A stretch of DNA of 34,116 nucleotides. Source: Nemertoderma westbladi (lineage: Eukaryota; Animalia; Xenacoelomorpha). Shown here piece by piece: positions 10,073-21,788 of this stretch; the first letter of the stretch is position 1, and every line of letters starts with the position of its first letter. The notes beneath the pieces are model-generated. The model searched no databases. It was not told the origin of the DNA and worked only from the letters and a program-made list of their open reading frames with translations. The position numbers and the translations under genes are program-made. Where the stretch lies: the NCBI GenBank assembly GCA_032718475.1, contig JAUCBJ010000768.1, positions 1 to 34,116 on the forward strand, read 5' to 3'.

Positions 10073-13000
10073 GGAGGGTGTGGGATCTGTGGAGGGTGTG
10101 GGAGACGGAGTGGGAAGTACAGGAGGATCTGTGGAGGGTGTGGGAGATGGAGTGGGAAGTACAGGAGGATCTGTGGAGGGTGTAGGAGACGGAGTGGGAA
10201 GTACAGGAGGATCTGTGGAGGGTATAGGAGACGGAGTGGGAAATACAGGAGGATCTGTGGAGGGTGTAGGAGACGGAGTGGGGAGTACAGGAGGATCTGC
10301 GGAGGGTGTGGGAGACGGAGTGGGAGGTATGGGGGATCTGTGGAGAGTGTGGGAGACGGAGTGGGAAGTACAGGAGGATCTGCGGAGGGTGTGGGAGACG
10401 GAGTGGAAGGTATGGGGGGATCTGTGGAGGGTGTGGGAGACGGAGTGGGAAGTACAGGAGGATCTGTGGAGGGTGTGGGAGACGGAGTGGGAAATACAGG
10501 AGGATCTGTGGAGGGTGTAGGAGACGGAGTGGGGAGTACAGGAGGATCTGCGGAGGGTGTGGGAGACGGAGTGGGAGGTATGGGGGATCTGTGGAGGGTG
10601 TGGGAGACGGAGTGGGAAGTACAGGAGGATCTGTGGACAGTGTGGGAGACGGTGTAGGAAGTACACGATGATCTGTGGAGGGTGTGGGAGACGGAGTGCA
10701 AAGTAGAGGAGGATGTGTGGAGGGTGTAGGAGACGGAGTGGGGAGTACAGGAGGATCTGCGGAGGGTGTGGGAGACGGAGTGGGAGGTATGGGGGATCTG
10801 TGGAGGGTGTGGGAGACGGAGTGGGAAGTACAGGATGATCTGTGGAGGGTGTGGGAGACGGAGTGGGAGGTATGGGGGGATCTGTGGACGGTGTGGGAGA
10901 CGGTGTAGGAAGTACAGGATGATCTGTGGAGGGTGTGGGAGACGGAGTGGGAAGTACAGGAGGATGTGTGGAGGGTGTAGGAGACGGAGTGGGGAGTACA
11001 GGAGGATCTGCGGAGGGTGTGGGAGACGGAGTGGGAGGTATGGGGGGATCTGTGGAGGGTGTGGGAGACGGAGTGGGAAGTACAGGAGGATCTGTGGAGG
11101 GTGTGGGAGATGGAGTGGGAAGTACAGGAGGATCTGTGGAGGGTGTAGGAGACGGAGTGGGAAGTACAGGAGGATCTGTGGAGGGTGTAGGAGACGGATA
11201 GGGAAGTACAGGAGGATCTGTGGAGGGTGTAGGAGACGGAGTGGGGAGTACAGGAGGATCTGTGGACGGTGTGGGAGACGGTGTAGGAAGTACAGGATGA
11301 TCTGTGGAGGGTGTGGGAGACGGAGTGGGAAGTACAGGAGGATGTGTGGAGGGTGTAGGAGACGGAGTGGGGAGTACAGGAGGATCTGCGGAGGGTGTGG
11401 GAGACGGAGTGGGAGGTATGGGGGGATCTGTGGAGGGTGTGGGAGACGGAGTGGGAAGTACAGGAGGATCTGTGGAGGGTGTGGGAGATGGAGTGGGAAG
11501 TACAGGAGGATCTGTGGAGGGTGTAGGAGACGGAGTGGGAAGTACAGGAGGATCTGTGGAGGGTGTAGGAGACGGATAGGGAAGTACAGGAGGATCTGTG
11601 GAGGGTGTAGGAGACGGAGTGGGGAGTACAGGAGGATCTGTGGACGGTGTGGGAGACGGTGTAGGAAGTACAGGATGATCTGTGGAGGGTGTGGGAGACG
11701 GAGTGGAAAGTAGAGGAGGATGTGTGGAGGGTGTAGGAGACGGAGTGGGGAGTACAGGATGATCTGTGGAGGGTGTGGGAGACGGAGTGGGAAGTACAGG
11801 ATGATCTGTGGAGGGTGTGGGAGACGGAGTGGGAAGTACAGGAGGATGTGTGGAGGGTGTAGGAGACGGAGTGGGGAGTACAGGAGGATCTGCGGAGGGT
11901 GTGGGAGACGGAGTGGGAGGTATGGGGGGATCTGTGGAGGGTGTGGGAGACGGAGTGGGAAGTACAGGAGGATCTGTGGAGGGTGTGGGAGATGGAGTGG
12001 GAAGTACAGGAGGATCTGTGGAGGGTGTAGGAGACGGAGTGGGAAGTACAGGAGGATCTGTGGAGGGTATAGGAGACGGAGTGGGAAGTACAGGAGGATC
12101 TGTGGAGGGTGTGGGAGATGGAGTGGGAAGTACAGGAGGATCTGTGGAGGGTGTAGGAGACGGAGTGGGAAGTACAGGAGGATCTGTGGAGGGTATAGGA
12201 GACGGAGTGGGAAGTACAGGAGGATCTGTGGAGGGTGTAGGGGACGGAGTGGGAGGTATGGGGGGATCTGTGGAGGGTATGGGAGACGGAGTGGGAGGTA
12301 TGGGGGGATCTGTGGAGGTGTGGGAGACGGAGTGGGAAGTACATGAGGATCTGCGGAAGGTGTGGGAGACGGAGTGGGAAATACAGAAGGATCTGTGGAG
12401 GGTGTGGGAGACGGAGTGGGAAGTACAGGAGGATCTGTGGAGGGTATAGGAGACGGAGTGGGAAGTACAGGAGGATCTGTGGAGGGTATAGGAGACGGAG
12501 TGGGAAGTACAGGAGGATCTGTGGAGGGTGTAGGAGACGGAGTGGGGAGTACAGGAGGATCTGCGGAGGGTGTGGGAGACGGAGTGGGAGGTATGGGGGA
12601 TCTGTGGAAGGTGTGGGAGACGGAGTGGGAAGAACAGGAGGATCTGCGGAGGGTGTGGGAGACGGAGTGGGAGGTATGGGGGGATCTGTGGAGGGTGTGG
12701 GAGACGGAGTGGGAAGTACAGGAGGATCTGTGGAGGGTGTGGGAGACGGAGTGGGAAGTACATGAGGATCTGTGGAGGGTGTAGGAGACGGAGTGGGGAG
12801 TACAGGAGGATCTGCGGAGGGTGTGGGAGACGGAGTGGGAGGTATGGGGGATCTGTGGAGGGTGTGGGAGACGGAGTGGGAAGTACAGGAGGATCTGTGG
12901 ACAGTGTGGGAGACGGTGTAGGAAGTACAGGATGATCTGTGGAGGGTGTGGGAGACGGAGTGGAAAGTAGAGGAGGATGTGTGGAGGGTGTAGGAGACGG

Positions 13001-15059
13001 AGTGGGGAGTACAGGAGGATCTGCGGAGGGTGTGGGAGACGGAGTGGGAGGTATGGGGGATCTGTGGAGGGTGTGGGAGACGGAGTGGGAAGTACAGGAG
13101 GATCTGTGGACGGTGTGGGAGACGGTGTAGGAAGTACAGGATGATCTGTGGAGGGTGTGGGAGACGGAGTGGGAAGTACAAGAGGATGTGTGGAGGGTGT
13201 AGGAGACGGAGTGGGGAGTACAGGAGGATCTGCGGAGGGTGTGGGAGACGGAGTGGGAGGTATGGGGGGATCTGTGGAGGGTGTGGAGACGGAGTGGGAA
13301 GTACAGGAGGATCTGTGGAGGGTGTGGGAGATGGAGTGGGAAGTACAGGAGGATCTGTGGAGGGTGTAGGAGACGGAGTGGGAAGTACAGGAGGATCTGT
13401 TCAGGGTGTAGGAGACGGATAGGGAAGTACAGGAGGATCTGTGGAGGGTGTAGGAGACGGAGTGGGGAGTACAGGATGATCTGTGGACGGTGTGGGAGAC
13501 GGTGTAGGAAGTACAGGATGATCTGTGGAGGGTGTGGGAGACGGAGTGGGAAGTACAGGAGGATGTGTGGAGGGTGTAGGAGACGGAGTGGGGAGTACAG
13601 GAGGATCTGCGGAGGGTGTGGGAGACGGAGTGGGAGGTATGGGGGGATCTGTGGAGGGTGTAGGAGACGGAGTGGGACGTACAGGAGGATCTGTGGAGGG
13701 TGTGGGAGATGGAGTGGGAAGTACAGGAGGATCTGTGGAGGGTGTAGGAGACGGAGTGGGAAGTACAGGAGGATCTGTGGAGGGTATAGGAGACGGAGTG
13801 GGAAGTACAGGAGGATCTGTGGAGGGTGTAGGAGACGGAGTGGGGAGTACAGGAGGATCTGCGGAGGGTGTGGGAGACGGAGTGGGAGGTATGGGGGGAT
13901 CTGTGGAGGGTATGGGAGACGGAGTGGGAGGTATGGGGGGATCTGTGGAGGTGTGGGAGACGGAGTGGGAAGTACAGGAGGATCTGCGGAAGGTGTGGGA
14001 GACGGAGTGGGAAATACAGAAGGATCTGTGGAGGGTGTGGGAGACGGAGTGGGAAGTACAGGAGGATCTGTGGGAGGTGTAGGAGACGGAGTGGGGAGTA
14101 CAGGAGGATCTGCGGAGGGTGTGGGAGACGGAGTGGGAGGAATGGGGGGATCTGTGGAGGTGTGGGAGACGGAGTGGGAAGTTCAGGAGGATCTGTGGGG
14201 GGTGTGGGAGACGGAGTGGGAGGTATGGGGGGATCTGTGGAGGGTATGGGAGACGTAGTGGGAAGTACAGGAGGATCTGTGAAGGGTGTAGGAGACGGAG
14301 TGGGGAGTACAGGAGGATCTGTGGAGGGTGTAGGAGACGGAGTGGGGAGTACAGGAGGATCTGTGGAGGGTGTAGGAGACGGAGTGGGAGGTATGGGGGG
14401 ATCTGTGGAGGGTGTGGGGGACGGAGTGGGAAGTACAGGAGGATCTGTGGAGGGTGTGGGAGACAGAGTGGGAGGTATGGGGGGATCTGTGGAGGGTGTG
14501 GGAGACGGAGTGGGAAGTACAGGAGTATCTGTGGAGGGTGTAGGAGACGGAGTGGGGAGTACAGGAGGATCTGCGGAGGGTGTGGGAGACGGAGTGGGAG
14601 GTATGGGGGATCTGTGGAGGGTGTGGGAGACGGAGTGGGAAGTACATGAGGATCTGTGGACGTTGTGGGAGACGGTGTAGGAAGTACAGGATGATCTGTG
14701 GAGGGTGTGGGAGACGGAGTGGGAAGTACAGGAGGATGTGTGGAGGGTGTAGGAGACGGAATGGGGAGTACAGGAGGATCTGCGGAGGGTGTGGGAGACG
14801 GAGTGGGAGGTATGGGGGGATCTGTGGAGGGTGTGGGAGACGGAGTGGGAAGTACAGGAGGATCTGTGGAGGGTGTAGGAGACGGAGTGGGGAGTACAGG
14901 AGTATCTGCGGAGGGTGTGGGAGACGGAGTGGGAGGTATGGGGGATCTGTGGAGGGTGTGGGAGACGGAGTGGGAAGTACAGGAGGATCTGTGGACGGTG
15001 TGGGAGACGGTGTAGGAAGTACATGATGATCTGTGGAGGGTGTGGGAGACGGAGTGGGA
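10073..15059 (+). repeat. 42-bp satellite, block 3 (~119 units) with higher-order structure
   Basis: Variant order recurs, e.g. 378-bp (9-unit) period 10926/11304. Confidence 0.97.
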
Positions 15060-15585
15060 TTGATTGATTGATTGTTTATTGTCTACACTTCTCTATACAG
15101 TTCAATACTTGCACAATAATTAACAGTATACATGATTGAAGCGGTAGTGCCGACCATAATATAAAGAGATTTACCAGAAAAAATTAAATATTTAAATTCC
15201 GAACAGAAATAGCACAATAAAAGTACCTACTTACGAGTACATCTCTAATTAACTGTCAAGTCGTGCGATGCTGGGTCTAATATAATTAAATGAATAAATA
15301 TGTTATATCTAAATAATTGTCAAGCCGTGTGATACTGGGTCTAGTGTATTGTAATAAAAAGTTATAGTTAAAATAAATAAATAATATATGTAAATGAAGA
15401 ACAGTGCTTGTTTCACAATTTATCATGTTCCACTTAATTTAAATAATTATGGTCAGTAGGTTCATAAAATATATAAATGAAAATTACATTATACTAAATA
15501 TTCGAATCTCGCTCCATCCAATAAATAATTCGCTATTTGTTACTTAGTCACTTATTAATAATCGTGGGTCATACTTTCGATCATT

Positions 15586-18500
15586 TTAGCTACATTTACC
15601 TAAACCAAATAAACTTGTTAAATCAGACCAGCTTCCATTGACATGTCTCCTGGATCGCTCAGTAAATGGGCAAACGGTAACAATATGTTGTTCCGTCTGG
15701 ATAGCTCCACATACACAGAAGCGCTCAGTATCTCGTACCCTGGCCCACCTCATTCGTTCTACGGGGAAGCTGTGGCTACCCAGCCTAAATCTTGACCACG
15801 CTAGACGGTACCGCTCCGGAACTTTGCAGTCTTTGTACAATTGCGGCGAAGTTAACAACGGATTCACTAACTTATACAGATGACGTCATTTTTCAGCTTA
15901 TCGTTCTGGATTTTACTGTAATCCGACGGGAGGTTCTTTACTCGATCCACCTCGATAAACATCGGTGAGCTGTTATCCCGGCCGATTTCCAAGGCCATCT
16001 GCAATGGAGAGTCGGCGACTGGAATAAAACTATTCAGATATTTCCGCTGTTTATCACGGATTAAGGTTTCGAACTCTGGGAGTCCCAATTCGATAAGGCA
16101 GATGTCGCCGCACGTGGTAGGTCGAACACCCAATAGTAGCCTTACCATAGACATATACAATTTAGACATAGGGGCCAATGAACCCCCGTACCAGGTTTCA
16201 CAACCGTAAGTTATAGCAGAGATCACTGCAGCGTCAAAAACTTTCCTTTTCACAACGAAAGGTAAGTCTGGGTTCTTATTTAGAAATGTCGAAAATTTTA
16301 ATAGGTGACACTGCTTTTCAGAGGCATTGAGGGAAATTACTGTAGATATTAAACCATCTGAAGTTATTGGTGAGCCCAGGTAAATGTACGAATCTGTATT
16401 TACTATTTCTTTTTCGCCGATATCAAAGGAGTTTTTATCGCTTTCTGCTCCATTTATCACTAGGAATTTCGTTTTTTTAATATTTATTACCATGCCAGAT
16501 AGGGAACAAAAATTACGTAGAACTTTTAACTTATCCAATATAGAAAGTCTGCTTGTTCCAAGAATTGCCGTATCATCCATTAGGAGTACGCTATGTAAAG
16601 ATTTCAGCCAATCATCAAAAGGCAGACGTTTCAAAGTGCGTACGAAGAAGTCTATAACTATTACAAATAGGTAGCAGCTTCCTGGAGATCCTTGGCGAAC
16701 GCCTCTATTACAAATAACGTGGAGCTTGTTAATGTTGGCGACTGTTATTTTGTACATGGCCTGTAATGCATTAAGCATTTTACATCCACATCCGAGGTTC
16801 TTTAACGTATCAAACATAAAACACCTTTTAACATTGTCATACGCTTTTTCATAGTCTACAAATATTATGTACAAAATCTTTTTGTACTTCCTGGCATAAT
16901 CGCACAGTAATCTAATCGCAAGGATCTGCTCTAAGCAACCGCGGCCCTTACTCGCCCCCGCTTGTTCTGGTAGGGGCTTGTACCAAGCATATAATCTATT
17001 CGTAAGAACCATATCATAGAGTTTTGCTATACTATTGATAATACTGATTCCCCTATAGTTAGTGCACAACAATCGATTCCCTTTCTTAAATATTGAGATT
17101 AGCTTAGCACCCATCCACATTACGGGATATGCTCCGGAATTAAAAATCAGATTAAACATAATGGTGATAGTTATCATCCAATTCAATGGCAGCGCCTTTA
17201 TGAATTCAGCTGAAATCCCATCGGGTCCAGATGCCTTATTTGGTTTTAGTTTTGTCGCTGCGAACCCAACTTCATGTATAGAAATATCCCCGTCCAATAT
17301 AGGAACGGTCAGGTTAGTTACAATCGTCTCATTTGCCGTATCAGGATCATTCAACAAAGAGTTATAATGCTCGCGGAATTCCTCGTCGGTTGGACTAGTT
17401 CTAGAATTAGAATCTTCAGAAAGGTCGCCATTCCAATTTATAGCTGACCATAATTTTTTCGAATCATTGTTTTCAATCATCTTGATCCATCTTTCTGCGC
17501 CCCAGGTGTTTGTAGTAATTTCATTATCAGTATTACGGGAGCAGCCCAGGAGCCGACTTATATTTCCTTTATTTTGGGAATGTTTCGCCGAGTTATAAAT
17601 AGAATTAGAAACTTCAAGGCATAGAGAGTCCGCGTTATTAGTGCTAGTGCTGGTAATGATATTCTTGATATGCTGTGTATGTTTTTCGGAGACATGATGT
17701 CTGAAGACCTCCAAACTGCAGTCAGTCGGGGATATCCGCTTATTTCGAGGAGGGTCGCTAGAGTATTGTTCATACATACCCAGCTGGCTGGCCCGGTTCG
17801 ACAAAATATGTAGGGGCAGTTCGTTGACTCTAAGAACAACACTGATGGGCGCATGGTCCGATGGTAAGTCAATATTATTAAAAATATCTAGAGATAAAAT
17901 TTTGTTATTCGAACTCATTATATTAGCTTTTGGTGCAACAACATAGTCGAGCGCTGATTTCCAAACACCTTTAAATATAAATGTTAAGCCACATTGATAA
18001 CTATAATTATCATTTAGCCTGAGCCCATTTAATATAATTGCGTCGGTGTCATTGCACAGCCGTTTTAATATTCTTCCATGTGAGCTCACAATGGGGTCTG
18101 GCCAGTTGTCATAATCGTGACTGTCGTCTGGATTGCCAATTCTACTGTTAAAATCGCCGCCGACTATGAATGAATCCTCTGTCATAAGCATACTCTGGAT
18201 GGTCCCGAAGCTCGATTCGTTATAATATTTAGATGAACTGTTAGGTATATAACATCCCCCTATGTAGTTAGAGTCTATGATCGGGATTTTAACCCACAGT
18301 TGATCCTCCACATCCATCTTAACTTCCGTAACAAATTCCGCCCAGATGGGATTGATAAATAGGGCTATACCACCCCGGTGATTACGGCCATGTAGACTCT
18401 TACTTCTACCTAAAAATTGTAGTCCTGGTATATTAAAATCCATTATATTATTAATTTCCAATAAAAATATTACATCGAAGTTTAGTAAAAACGTGACTGT

Positions 18501-18611
18501 ATTCTTGTTTTCGAATTTATTTTTAAAACCAGCTATATTAAACCATAAGACCTTCAGTTTTTCACACGGCCGACTTAAAAATCCAGTGTTTTTCCTTGAA
18601 ATAGTACGGTA
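15586..18611 (-). pseudogene. LINE ORF2: AP endonuclease + RT + C-terminal CCHC finger, one frameshift near 15870-15885
   Basis: LKVLWFNIAG, DVIFLLE, GGDFNSRIG, LDY, SDHAP; KASGPDGI, NYRGISI, FVDYEKAYD, GVRQGSPGS, LLMDD, YIYLG; RLGSH..CVCG..TEQH...CP in a second frame (15586-15867). Confidence 0.92.
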
Positions 18612-19520
18612 TTATCTCGCATGACACATCTTGTCTGCCAATTTATGAAGATGTTGGTTCCTTGGTTGCAGGGTTTGGACATTTCGTTTTTCCGAACTGC
18701 AAATAACTTGTTATCGGCCTCCATAATTCTAGGGTTTAAATCACGCTTGATATAAACGGATTTTGAACTCTGTACCAGCTTTAGACAATTGACTCGCACC
18801 AGCAAGAAGACTTTCGGTGACTCTCCTTGACCCTACCTCAACCAGAACTGGGCGGGGTCTGGGCCTAGCAGAAATCGCTGGTTCTGTTTGATTCGCCCCC
18901 TCCTTGCTGTTGGTTGAACTTGAATGAGGTTTCCCTAGCCGTTTAAAGGTTACCTTGTTGGCATCCTCATCTCTCATTCCCGCGATCTTTAAAACCTTTA
19001 CGGAAAATTTTCGATTATCCTGCGAGCTGGAACATTCCGGGATTCCGCGCATAATCACATTTTTTGCTCTTCTAACGTTATCGAGTATTTCCAATTGTCG
19101 TTGTTGTTTCATGATAGAGTCTTTGCATCCCTCTACTTCACTACGGAGCAAAACATTTTCTTTCTTTAATGATTCAAATGTTTTGTCTATTATTGTTACC
19201 TTGGAGCGCAGAGCTCCAAGCTCATCGAGTTTTTTGTTTACGTTGGTGATATCATTCTTAACGCCTGCCAGTTCTTTGCGTATTGTCTCGCGAATAATAT
19301 CAGCCATGTTTGGTGACTTGGTGGACGTCCTGGCAGGAGTCAGCTCCGCATTCTGGGCTGGGTCGATACCATATCCGGGGGCGGTATCGGTGACAGTGCT
19401 TTCATCAAGCAGGCCGGCATTCTCGAGCGCGTCGTATAGCCTTTCTTTGGTGATCTTTGAGAGGAAGTGTTGCCTGCTAACGCCCGCCAGATCGGAGATA
19501 GACAGCGGTTGGCTACTCAT
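18575..19520 (-). pseudogene. LINE ORF1 (coiled coil + RRM-like), split by an extra A at 18761-18764
   Basis: Coiled coil, then RRAKNVIMRGIPE, KRLGK, RPRPVLVE; continues in another frame as VYIKRDL...KTLDF*. Confidence 0.85.
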
Positions 19521-19834
19521 AATAGTCCTCTATTCTCAGATCCAAACGAACCCAGGTACGGTACGGTACAAATAGACCGTTAAAAAAAAGAAACAAAAGG
19601 GAAAACTGCAGCTACCGTTTAGCACCAATGTGCCGGTGATGCAGGGTACGGTACCATATAAAATCAGATAAAATAATTTAAAAAAAAAAGAAAAAGGAAT
19701 TGGTTAAAATCACTACGACCGTTACCGGGACCGCAAACGGGCACCAGCTCGTACGCAGGGAGGCCTACTGCTGAATACTGCTGAATACTGCAGGGAGGCC
19801 TACTGCTGAGAGTGAATGGTTCGGGTGAGTTTGT

Positions 19835-21788
19835 TGATGATCTGTGGAGGGTGTGGGAGACGGAGTGGGAAGTACAGGAGGATGTGTGGAGGGTGTAGGA
19901 GACGGAGTGGGGAGTACAGGAGGATCTGCGGAGGGTGTGGGAGACGGAGTGGGAGGTATGGGGGGATCTGTGGAGGGTGTGGGAGACAGAGTGGGAAGTA
20001 CAGGAGGATCTGTGGAGGGTGTGGGAGATGGAGTGGGAAGTACAGGAGGATCTGTGGAGGGTGTAGGAGACGGAGTGGGAAGTACAGGAGGATCTGTGGA
20101 GGGTGTAGGAGACGGAGTGGGAAGTACAGGAGGATCTGTGGAGGGTGTAGGAGACGGAGTGGGGAGTACAGGAGGATCTGCGGAGGGTGTGGGAGACGAA
20201 GTGGGAAGTTCAGGAGGATTTGTGGGGGGTGTGGGAGACGGAGTGGGAGGTATGGGGGGATCTGTGGAGGGTGTGGGAGACGGAGTGGGAAGTACAGGAG
20301 GATCTGTGGAGGGTGTGGGAGACGGAGTGGGAAGTACAGGAGGATCTGTGGAGGGTGTGAGAGACGGAGTGGGAGGTATGGGGGGATCTGTGTAGGGTGT
20401 GGGAGACGGAGTGGGAGGTATGGGGGATCTGTGGAGGGTGTGGGGGACGGAGTGGGAAGTACAGGAGGATCTGTGGAGGGTGTGGGAGACGGAGTGGGAA
20501 GTACAGGAGGATCTGTGGAGGGTGTGAGAGACGGAGTGGGAGGTATGGGGGGATCTGTGTAGGGTGTGGGAGACGGAGTGGGAGATATGGGGGATCTGTG
20601 GAGGGTGTGGGGGACGGAGTGGGAAGTACAGGAGGATCTGCGGAGGGTGTGGGAGACAGGGTGATAAGTACAGGAGGATCTGTGGAGGGTGTGGGAGACG
20701 GAGTGGGAAGTACAGGAGGATCTGCGGAGGGTGTGGGAGACGGAGTGGGAGGTATGGGGGGATCTGTGGAGGGTACAGGAGGATATGTGGAGGGTGTGGG
20801 AGACGGAGTGGGAAGTACAGGAGGATCTGTGGAGGGTGTGAGAGACGGAGTGGGAAGTACAGGAGGATCTGTGGAGGGTGTGAGAGACGGAGTGGGAGGT
20901 ATGGGGGGATCTGTGTAGGGTGTGGGAGACGGAGTGGGAGGTATGGGGGATCTGTGGAGGGTGTGGGGGACGGAGTGGGAAGTACAGGAGGATCTGTGGA
21001 GGGTGTAGGAGACGGAGTGGGAAGTACAGGAGGATCTGTGGAGGGTGTGGGAGACGGAGTGGGAAGTACAGGAGGATCTGTGGAGGGTGTGAGAGACGGA
21101 GTGGGAGGTATGGGGGATCTGTGGAGGGTGTGGGGGACGGAGTGGGAAGTACAGGAGGATCTGTGGAGGGTGTAGGAGACGGAGTGGGAAGTACAGGAGG
21201 ATCTGTGGAGGGTGTGGGAGACGGAGTGGGAAGTACAGGAGGATCTGTGGAGGGTGTGAGAGACGGAGTGGGAGGTATGGGGGGATCTGTGGAGGGTGTG
21301 GGGGACGGAGTGGGAAGTACAGGAGGATCTGCGGAGGGTGTGGGAGACGGAGTGGGAGGTATGGGGGATCTGTGGAGGGTGTGGGGGACGGAGTGGGAAG
21401 TACAGGAGGATCTGCGGAGGGTGTGGGAGACGGAGTGGGAGGTATGGGGGGATCTGTGGAGGGTGCGGGAGACGGAGTGGGAAGTACAGGAGGATCTGTG
21501 GAGGGTGTGGGAGACGGAGTGGGAAGTACAGGAGGATCTGTGGAGGGTGTGGGAGACGGAGTGGGAAGTACAGGAGGATCTGTGGAGGGTGTAGGAGACG
21601 GAGTGGGGAGTACAGGAGGATCTGCGGAGGGTGTGGGAGACGAAGTGGGAAGTTCAGGAGGATTTGTGGGGGGTGTGGGAGACGGAGTGGGAGGTATGGG
21701 GGGATCTGTGGAGGGTGTGGGAGACGGAGTGGGAAGTACAGGAGGATCTGTGGAGGGTGTGGGAGACGGAGTGGGAAGTACAGGAGGA
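19835..21788 (+). repeat. 42-bp satellite, block 4 (~46 units), ends at adapter
   Basis: Same unit with block-specific variants (gtgtgagagac, gatctgtgtag). Confidence 0.97.

Larger units (their letters stand above)
15060..19834 (-). mobile_element. Near-full-length two-ORF LINE (~4.8 kb), RTE-X-like
   Basis: 5' UTR, ORF1, APE-RT-CCHC ORF2, AATAAA plus (CAAT)n tail; ~36-bp TSD at 15024-15059 / 19835-19870; clade assignment tentative. Confidence 0.9.

Noticed and set aside
9015-15024. Giant ORFs (1388, 902, 1651 aa), including an apparent repeat-RT fusion protein
   Set aside because: The C-rich satellite strand has almost no stop codons in any frame; the RT part is a 5'-truncated LINE that happens to be in frame
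18761-18764. Frameshift within ORF1 as programmed recoding
   Set aside because: A single extra A in a homopolymer is more simply a mutation or sequencing error
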